Below are positions 30,982 through 40,749 of a DNA stretch of 64,000 bases, piece by piece. Every line of letters starts with the position of its first letter. Position 1 is the stretch's first letter. Source of the stretch: Escherichia phage KIT03; the sequence record AP018932. One strand, given 5' to 3'. The translations under genes and the position numbers were made by a program. The notes below the pieces were generated by a model, which saw nothing but the letters and a program-made list of their open reading frames with translations, searched no databases and had not been told where the DNA came from.

Positions 30982-31004
30982 TTTATAACTAATTTAATAA
31001 AGCA
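30982..31004 (-). promoter_or_regulatory. probable middle promoter for gene 45
   Basis: minus strand TGCTTTA about 11 nt upstream of TATAAA. Confidence 0.4.
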
Positions 31005-31005
31005 A

Positions 31006-31395
31006 TTAACGATTAAAATCAGCCGCAATTGTTTCCGCAACAATTTGAGCAGCAATAATTAGACGTTCATCTGCATTACCACAATAATCATCTTCAAGGC
31101 GTTCACCACATGAAGTCATAATAAATTTAGCACCAGCATTTAGGGATTCTGTAGTATGTTTGCGCATTAGTTCAATCCATTTATTACTTACTTCACGATC
31201 GATAGCTTCATAATACGCATGACGAGCAGGTGCAGATTTAATTTTATTCTGAATAACTTCCATTGCGTTATCAGAAAGAGACAAAACCCATGCTCGACGA
31301 ATTTTATTTTGGTTTTGTGGATTTGATTCAGAACGCACGTGTTTTGGCTGAATATCTTTTACATCAACAGTATAATTCACAGTAATTTTAGTCAT
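31006..31395 (-). CDS. rpbA: RNA polymerase binding protein RpbA
   Basis: 129 aa equals recalled T4 RpbA length. Confidence 0.65.
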   Translation of the reverse strand: MTKITVNYTVDVKDIQPKHVRSESNPQNQNKIRRAWVLSLSDNAMEVIQNKIKSAPARHAYYEAIDREVSNKWIELMRKHTTESLNAGAKFIMTSCGERLEDDYCGNADERLIIAAQIVAETIAADFNR

Positions 31396-31404
31396 AATAC
31401 ACCT

Positions 31405-31593
31405 TTAGTCATAATAATCAGTAACAGTCCAAGCTTCATTTCTATTGGACATTATTTTTGTATATTCTGCTTTAAATGCATTCCTAAGCATAGATTCAGT
31501 AACTATATGCTCTTCATTAGAAAAATTATTTCTCAGAATATATCGTTTTATTTCAGGAATAGTTAATAGATGCTGTCCAGTTGAATATTCCAT
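31405..31593 (-). CDS. hypothetical protein, 62 aa
   Basis: ORF. Confidence 0.45.
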   Translation of the reverse strand: MEYSTGQHLLTIPEIKRYILRNNFSNEEHIVTESMLRNAFKAEYTKIMSNRNEAWTVTDYYD

Positions 31594-31648
31594 GTTTTTC
31601 CTCCATAGAGATTATACTCTAATAAATTAAAGCATAATCTCTTATAAA

Positions 31649-33331
31649 TTAAACCATTACAGTAAATCGACCAACTTTCTTCATTTGAAGATGCTGACCA
31701 TATTCTTGTGGGTCATGGTCTTTATGCGAAATTATAAAAACATTAGTGTTTTTCATTGAATTTATAATATTAGCTACACCTTTAATACCTTCGGCATCAA
31801 ATGACCCATCAAACACTTCATCAAGAATTAATGTACTAATACTAACACCAGATACGATAGAAGCAATATCACGCCAAGTAAATAAAAGAGCAATATCGAT
31901 TCGTGCCTTTTCACCTTCACTAAATGAAGCATAACTAAAATCTTCACGACCACGGGATTTAATTGTCTCATTAAATTCTTCATCTAATGTAAACACATAA
32001 TCCGCTTCCATTATTTTAAGATAATGGTTAATCTGCTTATTGAATAATGGAATGTACTTTTTAATAATAGCACCTTTAATACCAGAATCTTTGAGCATAT
32101 CAGTCAAAATTCCTCGGTGGTATTTTTCCATTACTAAATTAGTTTTTGTCTTAACAATTTTATCAAGTTCTTCTTGAAGCAGTGCTATTTCATCAGCATG
32201 GTCAATAAACTCAGAAGATGCTTTTTCTATAGCTGCTTTAACTTTTTTAGCTTTATCTACCGTCGTGATTAGAGATTGCTTTTTATTGCGAATATCATTT
32301 GCCAACGACTGCTGGGTTTTAATATTATCTCGGTATTCATCAACAAGAACTTTTAAATTATCACGATGTGTTGAAAGCTGTTCAAACGAATGCGTGCATT
32401 CAGAAACTTTATCTTTAATTTTAGAAACAACTTTATCACCGGAACTTAATTGTGACAAGCAGGTTGGACATAATCCACCTTCGTGATACATATTAATGAC
32501 TTTATTATACGAGTCAATTTTTGATTTAATTAAAACTGCTTCTTGACCGATTTTATTAAATGCATCAGTCGGGTCTTCATCCAAAACAATATTAACTAAT
32601 CTTTCATTAGCTTCTTCTATTTCCGATTTTAGCGTTCTAGCTTCTTTTGCCAAATCATCATACATATTTTGTAGACGAGTAAGGTTGTCACCCGTTAATT
32701 TTTTCTGGCGTTCAACGTTATCATTATATATTTTAATTTGTTGGATAATACTATCTTTTTTAACATCAAGCACTTGGTTTTGTGAATTTAATTCACGTAT
32801 TAGCGCTTTATTAAGCTTATCCATTTCAGCTAATGTTCCTACCTCAAGCAGGTCTTCCACAAGCTTTCTTCGCGCAGGGGTCGACAAACCCATGAAAGGG
32901 GTATACCCTGCTGTACCAAGGACAACAATCTGCTTGAAACTGGCATATGACATTCCGATAAGCTGTTCAAATTCTGCTTGGAAATCTTTACTGCTGGCAG
33001 ATTCATTAAGACGTGTACCGTTAACGGTGATTTCGAAAACGTTTGGTTTTTGTCCTCTTTTGATATAATACTTTTTCTCATCATATTCCATCCACAGTTC
33101 AACTAAAAGTTCTTTCTTATTTGTGCTGTTTATTAATTGACCTTTCTTTACATCACGAAATGGCTTGCCAAAAAGCCCAAATGTGATGGCTTCTAACATA
33201 GTAGACTTACCACCGCCATTTCGGCCAGTAATAAGAGTTTTTTGAACCTTATCTAATTGAATGTCAACTCCATTTTGACCAACTGACATTATATTTTTAT
33301 ATTTTACTCTATTAAGTTTAAATGATTTCAT
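31649..33331 (-). CDS. 46: recombination endonuclease subunit gp46 (SbcC/Rad50-like)
   Basis: 560 aa equals recalled T4 gp46 length; Walker A GRNGGGKST, long coiled coil. Confidence 0.9.
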   Translation of the reverse strand: MKSFKLNRVKYKNIMSVGQNGVDIQLDKVQKTLITGRNGGGKSTMLEAITFGLFGKPFRDVKKGQLINSTNKKELLVELWMEYDEKKYYIKRGQKPNVFEITVNGTRLNESASSKDFQAEFEQLIGMSYASFKQIVVLGTAGYTPFMGLSTPARRKLVEDLLEVGTLAEMDKLNKALIRELNSQNQVLDVKKDSIIQQIKIYNDNVERQKKLTGDNLTRLQNMYDDLAKEARTLKSEIEEANERLVNIVLDEDPTDAFNKIGQEAVLIKSKIDSYNKVINMYHEGGLCPTCLSQLSSGDKVVSKIKDKVSECTHSFEQLSTHRDNLKVLVDEYRDNIKTQQSLANDIRNKKQSLITTVDKAKKVKAAIEKASSEFIDHADEIALLQEELDKIVKTKTNLVMEKYHRGILTDMLKDSGIKGAIIKKYIPLFNKQINHYLKIMEADYVFTLDEEFNETIKSRGREDFSYASFSEGEKARIDIALLFTWRDIASIVSGVSISTLILDEVFDGSFDAEGIKGVANIINSMKNTNVFIISHKDHDPQEYGQHLQMKKVGRFTVMV

Positions 33332-33346
33332 TTTGTATCCAATTGT

Positions 33347-34201
33347 TCACAATGAAGAAAATTCTTTAACTAAAGCCTGTAATGAAGCCTCTATTGGATA
33401 TCCATTCTTAACTAACATTTTCCTAAACATTACATGTTTAGGACGATTATATGATATCCACAATTCATACAATTTATCTTTATTATCCCAATGATAGCCT
33501 TTTCGTCGAGATGCTATATGAGCTTTTCTAATCTCCGGATTTTTCCAACTAGCAGCTACTGAATTTGATATAGCTATTTTATATTCAGGTTTTGATAAAG
33601 CAGCACGAACAGCCTTTTGGTGTTTAATTTTATTTTCTTCGTTATTAAACCATTCCCTTGAAGCCATTGAAATTTTTTGTTTTGTTTTAAAATTATTTAA
33701 TCTTTCTTTATTATCTTTCCTATTTTTTGCTACTGAAAAATATTTTAATGCCCTTTCTCTAGCAGCATTTCTATTTTGCGGATTTGAATAATACTGTTGA
33801 AGCCTTTTTGATATTGTGTCACTTACATCTTGTTTTATAAAACTATACTCAGCAGCTATTAAATCAACTTCGGCTAAAGATAAATTTTTATATGTTTTTC
33901 CTGACATCATTCTATTTAAAGCATTTAGCATTTTTCCATTTTTACCTTTTGCTAATAAGAAGTGTGCTTTAAAATGATTAAAATGACTTAAATTAACTAA
34001 ATTCCATGTAGATTTTAAATATTCAGGAAATATTGATTTAGGAAGCACGTGGTGTGCTTCCGTTTTACCTGGAGTTTTAACAGTTGAATTCACAGAAATA
34101 AAATTAATGTAAGACTTGGCGTCTTCTTCACTCAACGCTAATTTTTCAACTAATTCCTTTATTAAAAATTCATCATTAATGTCAAGTTTAAAATTCTTCA
34201 C
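33347..34201 (-). CDS. free-standing HNH homing endonuclease, 284 aa
   Basis: HH...N...H motif (EAHHVLPKSIF...NLVNLSHFNHFKAHF) and basic C-terminal DNA-binding region. Confidence 0.65.
   Translation of the reverse strand: MKNFKLDINDEFLIKELVEKLALSEEDAKSYINFISVNSTVKTPGKTEAHHVLPKSIFPEYLKSTWNLVNLSHFNHFKAHFLLAKGKNGKMLNALNRMMSGKTYKNLSLAEVDLIAAEYSFIKQDVSDTISKRLQQYYSNPQNRNAARERALKYFSVAKNRKDNKERLNNFKTKQKISMASREWFNNEENKIKHQKAVRAALSKPEYKIAISNSVAASWKNPEIRKAHIASRRKGYHWDNKDKLYELWISYNRPKHVMFRKMLVKNGYPIEASLQALVKEFSSL
33347..34201 (-). mobile_element. homing endonuclease gene inserted between genes 46 and 47
   Basis: T4 has only small ORFs here (recalled); N-terminal motif duplicated in next ORF. Confidence 0.5.
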
Positions 34202-34404
34202 AAAAGATTCCTTTTAATGTATCTTTTAGACCATTCTATCATATCATCATAATCTAAAAAGTATTCATCAAATTCAGCCATGCAAACAACGCCTTGTGCT
34301 GCTTTTGATGTGATATAAATTATTCCAACATATCTAGAATCTTCTTCGGTATAATCAATATTTGCTATGAATTCATCATTAATGTCAAATGTCGAAAACT
34401 TCAT
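34198..34404 (-). CDS. hypothetical protein, about 68 aa, starts MKFSTFDINDEF
   Basis: internal Met chosen; N-terminus resembles that of the HNH gene. Confidence 0.4.
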   Translation of the reverse strand: MKFSTFDINDEFIANIDYTEEDSRYVGIIYITSKAAQGVVCMAEFDEYFLDYDDMIEWSKRYIKRNLL

Positions 34405-34648
34405 AGTATGCATCCTTAATACAAGATACAGCCATATCTCGTAATGATTTAGGTGTGTCATTATCTAAAATGTTGAAGTTAAAAGATACAGCCCAGTCAG
34501 TGCAGACTGTAACCTTTTTAATACAATTATCTTCAACCTCTAACGGTTCAAACCAATATTCAATAATTTCTTTATGCCCAATATCATCTTTTACTTCGCA
34601 TTCAAAATGCTGACTCATCATAACATTTTTAAATTCATCAAAAGTCAT
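34385..34648 (-). CDS. hypothetical protein, 87 aa
   Basis: ORF. Confidence 0.45.
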   Translation of the reverse strand: MTFDEFKNVMMSQHFECEVKDDIGHKEIIEYWFEPLEVEDNCIKKVTVCTDWAVSFNFNILDNDTPKSLRDMAVSCIKDAYYEVFDI

Positions 34649-35664
34649 TGTGTTGCCTCTACATATAGCTGATTTGCATATTGAATAAGTGCTTCACGGT
34701 CAGAATCAGTGATGTCTGGAATTGCATTAATATACTCTTCCATTAATGTCTGAAGCGATTGGACTTCAACTTCTTCACTGTCATCTGACTCGACAGAGTT
34801 ATCAATCTTTGACACAACTCGTAATGAATGCACAACTTTCTCTAGTTCAGATTCAAACTTCGTCAGATTTTTGTCTACTTCAGTTACTATAACACGTACT
34901 GATAGATTTGTAAAATCTTTATAGTCAATTTTTCCTTTAAATGGATAATGAATTCTACGATGCCAGGTAGTGTTGTTTGGAATAAATTCCATTCGTTCTG
35001 TTTCTGTATCAAACATCCAGAACCCGCGAGGGTCATTCTCGTCACCTGCAGTTAGTGTCCATGGTGTCCCAATATATCTGACGTTAGCAGCCTCAGAGAT
35101 AGTATGGAAGTGACCAGACCACACTTCTTTATAAGTCTTAAGGAAATCAGGTTCAAGACCGTGAGATTTCATTCCTTTATAAAAATAAAATCCATTCAGT
35201 TCCCAGTGACCAACACAAAAAGAAGCAGATGAAGTTTTGATGTGTTCAAGAATTTCACCAGTATTTTCTTCACACATCCAAGGAATTAAATCAATTAAAC
35301 ATCCGTCAAAATCTACTGTAGTAGGCTTATCATATACTTTAACATTAGGATATTTAGCCAAAAGTTCAGTAGAAGCATTTGGGGTTAAAGTATTTTTAAA
35401 GTGCATATCATGGTTTCCTACAACGGTATGTAGTGTAATACCAGCATCATCAAGCATCTGAACTATTTCACGAGCGAACTCCATAGTTTTATGCGTGATC
35501 GCTTTTCGCACATCAAAAATATCGCCGTATTGAATCCATGTAGTAATTCCATTTTTCTTAGAATATTCTATTGCTTGTTTAATTCCATCCAACTGAATGG
35601 ATTGAATCCACTCATCATCGGCTTTAACACCTAAATGCCAATCACCTAAATTTAAAATTTTCAT
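34645..35664 (-). CDS. 47: recombination nuclease subunit gp47 (Mre11-like)
   Basis: 339 aa equals recalled T4 gp47 length; phosphoesterase motifs. Confidence 0.9.
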   Translation of the reverse strand: MKILNLGDWHLGVKADDEWIQSIQLDGIKQAIEYSKKNGITTWIQYGDIFDVRKAITHKTMEFAREIVQMLDDAGITLHTVVGNHDMHFKNTLTPNASTELLAKYPNVKVYDKPTTVDFDGCLIDLIPWMCEENTGEILEHIKTSSASFCVGHWELNGFYFYKGMKSHGLEPDFLKTYKEVWSGHFHTISEAANVRYIGTPWTLTAGDENDPRGFWMFDTETERMEFIPNNTTWHRRIHYPFKGKIDYKDFTNLSVRVIVTEVDKNLTKFESELEKVVHSLRVVSKIDNSVESDDSEEVEVQSLQTLMEEYINAIPDITDSDREALIQYANQLYVEATQ

Positions 35665-35801
35665 ATATCAAGAACCGTCATTGAAATGCAAAATAAAATT
35701 AATGAAATAAATCCATCTGGAGTGCTAAAGAACCCAATCCAACACGCTCTGGTGAATAGATAAAATGCGAGAAAAAGTATCACATATCCAAGAAATATCA
35801 T
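35661..35801 (-). CDS. small hydrophobic protein, 46 aa
   Basis: hand-translated MIFLGYVILFLAFYLF...; GGAG RBS; stop overlaps gene 47 ATG. Confidence 0.4.
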   Translation of the reverse strand: MIFLGYVILFLAFYLFTRACWIGFFSTPDGFISLILFCISMTVLDI

Positions 35802-35824
35802 TATATCAAACTCCGTATAAAGCT

Positions 35825-35842
35825 AAAGGGCCGAAGCCCTTT
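35825..35842 (-). terminator. hairpin with UUCG loop at a-gt stop
   Basis: plus aaagggc-cgaa-gcccttt. Confidence 0.55.
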
Positions 35843-37043
35843 ATTTTGTAATAATGTCAAACTGTTCTTTAAAGCAGAAGCTTGAATCTTGATGCTGATA
35901 CAAAAATTCATAAGCTTTTTCACGTTCGCGGTCATAAAGAGTTCGGTCAGATGACAGTTCTTTAATACGTTCAAATGTTGATTCCATGTCATTTTCATCA
36001 AACCAAATGATACCGCTATCATGCGAGGTCAAAGGAGTATTATCAACACGGAATTTTAAATTTTCGCCAGTAGATTTCCAAAATACCGGAATTGTTCCAC
36101 ATGCACCAAGCTCGAGATGAGTATATTCTAAAGAACGTTGTAGATATTTTTTATCCAACTTACTCAACTGATAACCAAAACCGGATTTACTCATACGTTC
36201 AAGCATTTCGCTATTTACATAACGGTCAAGAATTTGCGTTGGCAAATTAGGAGCAATTTTAATTTGGTCTACTTGATGAAGACGATAATACTCGTATGGA
36301 ATTCCTTTTTCTTTAATAGGAATGAACGCTGGAGAACGTTCCAGACCTTCCATAATAGTACTTAGTCCTGCAGGTTTAAGATGTTTTTCGTGAAAATCAA
36401 ACATCTGATAAAAACCTTTCCATGTAGTCGTACGACCAATCCAACGGTTGATATTCATGTTAATTTCAGAAACATCTTTCCAGTAGGTTGATCGAACCTT
36501 CGCAATATCCATAGGAGGCTGAAAGTTATATACGGTCGGTGCTTCTTCAATATCATCAAACAGAGAAACAGTTTCTGGATACCACTCTTTCATCAGAACT
36601 TTATTAAAATCACCATTATCAGAATGGCTAAAAATAACATCAGCTCGACGAACAGTTTCTTCTAATCCCAAATTTCGGCGCAAAGAAAGAGAAGAATGGT
36701 CATGTTGATAAACTACAACACGAACCGAAGGTTTAATGTTATCAATAATTTTTTTATAGTTATTAATAGTGTCTTCTTCTACTGAAGTAGCAGGAACTGA
36801 ATTGATAATTAGAATATCACAATCATTTACCAGCTTAAGTGTTTTATCGTATTCTTTTGCCAATAAAACCGGAATTGAAAATGATTTATAATCATGCGCG
36901 CAATTACGAGTAAATGATTTATCTTTAGCATAAACCAAAGTTACTTCATGACCATTTTTAATAAACCAATCACGCTGCTCGAGAGAAAATTTAGTTACGC
37001 CGCAACCTTCAAGACCTCGAGCCATAAAAATACATACTTTCAT
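35841..37043 (-). CDS. a-gt: alpha-glucosyltransferase
   Basis: 400 aa equals recalled T4 alpha-gt length. Confidence 0.85.
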   Translation of the reverse strand: MKVCIFMARGLEGCGVTKFSLEQRDWFIKNGHEVTLVYAKDKSFTRNCAHDYKSFSIPVLLAKEYDKTLKLVNDCDILIINSVPATSVEEDTINNYKKIIDNIKPSVRVVVYQHDHSSLSLRRNLGLEETVRRADVIFSHSDNGDFNKVLMKEWYPETVSLFDDIEEAPTVYNFQPPMDIAKVRSTYWKDVSEINMNINRWIGRTTTWKGFYQMFDFHEKHLKPAGLSTIMEGLERSPAFIPIKEKGIPYEYYRLHQVDQIKIAPNLPTQILDRYVNSEMLERMSKSGFGYQLSKLDKKYLQRSLEYTHLELGACGTIPVFWKSTGENLKFRVDNTPLTSHDSGIIWFDENDMESTFERIKELSSDRTLYDREREKAYEFLYQHQDSSFCFKEQFDIITK

Positions 37044-37067
37044 TTAATATCCTCATTGTTTTGGTTT

Positions 37068-37091
37068 ATTTTACCAAAAATTTATAAAGCA
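37068..37091 (-). promoter_or_regulatory. middle (MotA-type) promoter for a-gt
   Basis: minus strand TGCTTTA - 11 nt - TAAAAT, then GAGGA RBS. Confidence 0.5.
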
Positions 37092-37093
37092 AT

Positions 37094-37113
37094 ATAGGAG
37101 CCGAAGCTCCTAT
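37094..37113 (-). terminator. hairpin with UUCG loop (8-bp stem)
   Basis: plus ataggagc-cgaa-gctcctat. Confidence 0.55.
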
Positions 37114-37286
37114 CCGCATAATACACCATACAGAGGCTCATTAGAGCTTCTAAATTTTATACGCTTATATGTTATAGTTCCTTCTGCTTTAGCTTTATCA
37201 TGAGACTCTTTAAAGCGTCTCATCATTTCTACTTTAGAGGAACGAATTTTATTATAATCTATTTCAGAAGTCTGGATGTTCATCTT

Positions 37287-37493
37287 TCACAGTTGCCACC
37301 ATTTTTTAACTTGATAAGAATCAACCCACACTTTCATATTAGGGTCTGCTCTTACAATAGGAGGATTAACTTCTTTAATTGAACTATCATGGTATTCTTT
37401 TTCAGAAATTTTCACACAAAGATGACCATTCAAAGATTCAGTAAATCCTGCATTAATTTTAAGACGCTTGAATTTTACGTGTGTAAGCATCAA
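37287..37493 (-). CDS. hypothetical protein, 68 aa
   Basis: ORF. Confidence 0.45.
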   Translation of the reverse strand: MMLTHVKFKRLKINAGFTESLNGHLCVKISEKEYHDSSIKEVNPPIVRADPNMKVWVDSYQVKKWWQL

Positions 37494-37776
37494 TCATATC
37501 CTCAATCTGCGATCTAGTAGTCTTCCAAAGAATACTGATAAGTTCATCGTTATATGGCTGTTTTAGAATATCCCGACTTTTCTTGATAGCATATTCGTAT
37601 TGAGCAAAATTATTGTTTTCAGCTGCGATCTGAGCGTGCTTATAAAGACGATTCAGTTCGCGTTTGTTTTTAGACAATAACTTATTTGCTTTTCTTTCTG
37701 CTTCAAGACGGTTCTTTTCTTCAATAGAAGAAATAAGCTTTTCCACTTCATCATTAATTTCGGGTTTATCAGTCAT
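37459..37776 (-). CDS. hypothetical protein, 105 aa
   Basis: ORF. Confidence 0.5.
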   Translation of the reverse strand: MTDKPEINDEVEKLISSIEEKNRLEAERKANKLLSKNKRELNRLYKHAQIAAENNNFAQYEYAIKKSRDILKQPYNDELISILWKTTRSQIEDMIDAYTRKIQAS

Positions 37777-37777
37777 A

Positions 37778-37996
37778 TTATTTCTCTAATATAAAATAAA
37801 AATCATCATCTGTTAAATGATACCGATAGTTTAATTCTACACCATTAGATTTAAAAGCGGTATCATACGGATTTTCTGGATCAATATCAATGTCAAGAGC
37901 TAAAACTTCCCTGAGATACATTTTAAGTAAATAGGGAATAGCTTCAACTTCAGGTATTTCTTCCAAGAATCCGGAGAGGTTAATCGTTAGCCTCAT
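37778..37996 (-). CDS. hypothetical protein, 72 aa
   Basis: ORF. Confidence 0.45.
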
Positions 37997-38543
37997 ATAA
38001 AAAATCCAAACTAGGAGAATCGTCTACAACACTTTTCTTTTCAGCCCCCGGTGTTCTATAGGTTGATTCTTCGTAATGCGTCATTTTATCGTAGATGTCT
38101 TGAATAAAAGTTTCATCTACTAACGCAACCATATCGTCGTCACGACTGTCATAGACATTGTGAACGAAGTAACTATATTTCTTTGCAACTTCCTTACGTT
38201 CTTTTTTAATACGCTGGACGAATGCATTAAAACAAGCTTGAGTTATATATGCATGTGGGTTTTTATATTTCGTTTCATCAAAATTATGAAGCCCCTTAAT
38301 AGAAGCTTCTATACCATCTGCAATCATTTCTTGTTTCCAAGACTGGGTGTATCCTGAAAAGTTGAAACGTTTAGATAAGCCTTCTGCAATAAGCATAATG
38401 GCTAATCCGATAGTATCATTCTGACGAACTACTTTATTTGGGTCTTTATTATTTGCTAATTCTGTTTTCCAATCAATAATAGCTTGTAAAAGCTCTTTAT
38501 TGTTTACGTAATTATATTTAGGCTTAGTTTCTGACATTTTCAC
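37980..38543 (-). CDS. 55: late transcription sigma factor gp55
   Basis: 187 aa; position between a-gt block and nrd genes. Confidence 0.8.
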
Positions 38544-38615
38544 CTCTTAGCTCAATTCATAGATCTATTATATCATAATATTTGAAGATCTATCTTAAAG
38601 CACAGAGGATATCAG

Positions 38616-38885
38616 TTATCTAAGTAAACAGTATGCTTGGAATACTTTCTCCATCATCTTTTTAAATTCATGAATATCTATATAATGACTAGTTAGATCA
38701 GCATGATATAAAAAGTCTAAAAACTTTTCATGTGTACTAACATATTCACTTTCATTTAATTCAGAAACATGACTTTCCCAATATCCAACACCAGTCTTAT
38801 TTGGGAAAAATGAAATTTTCATGTATTGGTCAACATAGAAAATGCCATAATTTTCAATAGTAATAGAAATATTAATAAATTTCAT
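38616..38885 (-). CDS. hypothetical protein, 89 aa
   Basis: ORF. Confidence 0.45.
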   Translation of the reverse strand: MKFINISITIENYGIFYVDQYMKISFFPNKTGVGYWESHVSELNESEYVSTHEKFLDFLYHADLTSHYIDIHEFKKMMEKVFQAYCLLR

Positions 38886-39097
38886 ACATTCATCAACTTA
38901 GCCGCTTCGAGAGCTGCATCTAGTGAATCAAATTGATCGACATATTCAATCAGTTTGCCGTAATTAGCGTATAACCACCATTGGCTAAATTCATACTCAA
39001 GGATAAATCCATTTCCTTCAATTTGAGTTAAACCAATGCCATTTGTATTTACTTCATACCCAGCAAGACGTAAATCGTTAATAAGAGCTTCGTTCAT
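38882..39097 (-). CDS. hypothetical protein, 71 aa
   Basis: ORF. Confidence 0.45.
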   Translation of the reverse strand: MNEALINDLRLAGYEVNTNGIGLTQIEGNGFILEYEFSQWWLYANYGKLIEYVDQFDSLDAALEAAKLMNV

Positions 39098-39099
39098 AA

Positions 39100-39426
39100 T
39101 TATACCTTAGTAATTTTCAGGTCTGCAAATTTTTTCTTGCGTTGATTTTTCATACGACGAATAGTTTTATCGGAAATTTCATGCTTTTGATAAGCTTTAG
39201 ATTCTGCGCCAAAAGCTTTAACATCAAATTCTGACAAGATATATTGAACCAACAATTCACGGACAGTATTTCGTCCAATCTTCTGATCATTCTGTTTCAT
39301 CGTCTGATGAAGCTCTTTTTCCCATTTATCCAAAATTTGAGGAGTTACAATATCGCCTTTTTCTAGCAGAGAAACTACTTTATCATATGCATAAGAATTG
39401 ATGGCGTTTTTAATTTGAATAGTCAT
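39100..39426 (-). CDS. hypothetical protein, 108 aa
   Basis: ORF. Confidence 0.5.
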   Translation of the reverse strand: MTIQIKNAINSYAYDKVVSLLEKGDIVTPQILDKWEKELHQTMKQNDQKIGRNTVRELLVQYILSEFDVKAFGAESKAYQKHEISDKTIRRMKNQRKKKFADLKITKV

Positions 39427-39464
39427 ACATTATCCTCAATTGCGTTAAAATTTTATTATCCAAA

Positions 39465-39480
39465 AAGGGCCGAAGCCCTT
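39465..39480 (-). terminator. hairpin with UUCG loop
   Basis: plus aagggc-cgaa-gccctt. Confidence 0.5.
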
Positions 39481-39679
39481 AGCTAAACTGTTTGGCACCC
39501 TTCCAGCCTTCGTACATCATTGCGGCTGATATTAATATTGCTCCTGCGCATTTTGAATATTTGTGATTCCAAAACCAGTTTAGAAAAACTTCGTCATCAA
39601 TACCTTGGGCTATCATATTTTCAAAGAATTGACGACGAGCTTCAGCAATTCGTTGCGATAATTTAGATTCAGGATTCAT
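39479..39679 (-). CDS. hypothetical protein, 66 aa
   Basis: ORF. Confidence 0.45.
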   Translation of the reverse strand: MNPESKLSQRIAEARRQFFENMIAQGIDDEVFLNWFWNHKYSKCAGAILISAAMMYEGWKGAKQFS

Positions 39680-39811
39680 TTAAATTTTCCAGTTACCATT
39701 TTCATCAATGAATTTAATCCAATCATTTACTGACCACTTGGTCGTATCGCCCTTTGGAGCAACATTTAAAGTGTATAATCCTTGTTTAAAAAGCATGCGT
39801 TTGATATTCAT
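39680..39811 (-). CDS. small hypothetical protein, about 43 aa
   Basis: internal ATG with GAGGA RBS; avoids overlap. Confidence 0.35.
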   Translation of the reverse strand: MNIKRMLFKQGLYTLNVAPKGDTTKWSVNDWIKFIDENGNWKI

Positions 39812-39818
39812 ATTTTCC

Positions 39819-40112
39819 TCAGCTGTAACGATAGCACTCGTTTGATTTGCGCTTAGCAACTCGTTGAGAAGTATTGTAATCAAAATCATCGTCAATGTAA
39901 ACTGATTTTTTCAACTTTCTTACTTCACCGCGTAATTGGCGATTTAGCTCATCTTTAACTTCTGAATCGATGCCTTTCATTCTACGCCATTTATCTGAGC
40001 GAAAAATGTTTTCAACCATATCTTTATGACTTACACCATCAGGAGCTTTACGCTTTCCGAAATAGTCATAATCACGTACTTTTAAATCTTTACGACGATA
40101 CGTTTTACCCAT
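39819..40112 (-). CDS. basic hypothetical protein, about 97 aa
   Basis: ATG at 40110-40112 with AAGGAAA RBS. Confidence 0.45.
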   Translation of the reverse strand: MGKTYRRKDLKVRDYDYFGKRKAPDGVSHKDMVENIFRSDKWRRMKGIDSEVKDELNRQLRGEVRKLKKSVYIDDDFDYNTSQRVAKRKSNECYRYS

Positions 40113-40281
40113 GGAGTTTAATTTCCTTAGCAACTGAACTAAATACAGCACGATCACAAATCATCTGTTTATTCCATTTAAGTACAGTATAATGAACATC
40201 TAGATCATCTACTGCTGTAACAATAACAATATGTCCGTTAACACGATAATACTGATCCTTTTTAATCTCTTTATCAACCAT
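40105..40281 (-). CDS. small hypothetical protein, 58 aa
   Basis: hand-translated MVDKEIKKDQYYRVNGHIVIV...; GAGGA RBS. Confidence 0.45.
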   Translation of the reverse strand: MVDKEIKKDQYYRVNGHIVIVTAVDDLDVHYTVLKWNKQMICDRAVFSSVAKEIKLHG

Positions 40282-40311
40282 ATCAAATCCTCAAAGGCAA
40301 TTCATATGTTA

Positions 40312-40341
40312 ATAATACCACAGTTTGAACTTCTTGTAAAC
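40312..40341 (-). promoter_or_regulatory. T4 early-type promoter
   Basis: GTTTAC-n18-TATTAT with TG extension. Confidence 0.5.
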
Positions 40342-40420
40342 AACTTTGTGAAATTATTTTAGGGAACGATAAGAAGGGAACGATAGCTTAGAATGGTAAT
40401 ATACAGAATGCGAGAAAGAA

Positions 40421-40438
40421 AGGCCCAGAGGGCCCGTC
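40421..40438 (-). terminator. GC hairpin followed by U-tract after nrdH-like gene
   Basis: plus ggccc-aga-gggcc, then T-rich on minus strand. Confidence 0.5.
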
Positions 40439-40747
40439 TTAGTCTTCTATGATATCTCTATCATATCCAAGTGAAATGAGAGTTTCTTTGAAGTGTTTAA
40501 TGTTCTTTTGTCTAGAATCATTGATGAAAATGACTGGATAACGAATGTTAAGAGATGTGAATCCAGCGCGTTTAGCAAGAGATACAATCAGTGGACGATC
40601 ATACTCAATCTTACCATTATTTGTAAGAACTTTATAGAAAGTAAAAGGAGCATTGAGCTCCTTTAGAAGTTTTGTAACTGATTGACATCCAGGACAACGA
40701 CCTACTTCATCTGGAATTCCATAGACTTCAATCTTGTTTTGTTTCAC
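40439..40747 (-). CDS. nrdH: glutaredoxin-like protein NrdH
   Basis: 102 aa with CPGC active site. Confidence 0.65.
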   Translation of the reverse strand: MKQNKIEVYGIPDEVGRCPGCQSVTKLLKELNAPFTFYKVLTNNGKIEYDRPLIVSLAKRAGFTSLNIRYPVIFINDSRQKNIKHFKETLISLGYDRDIIED

Positions 40748-40749
40748 AA

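Noticed and set aside
37111-37227. 38-aa minus-strand ORF overlapping the palindrome upstream of a-gt.
   Set aside because: No Shine-Dalgarno sequence (upstream is CCTCT) and very short.
38581-38630. GTTTAC hexamer near 38624 considered as a promoter for gene 55.
   Set aside because: No acceptable -10 element at 16-18 nt spacing.
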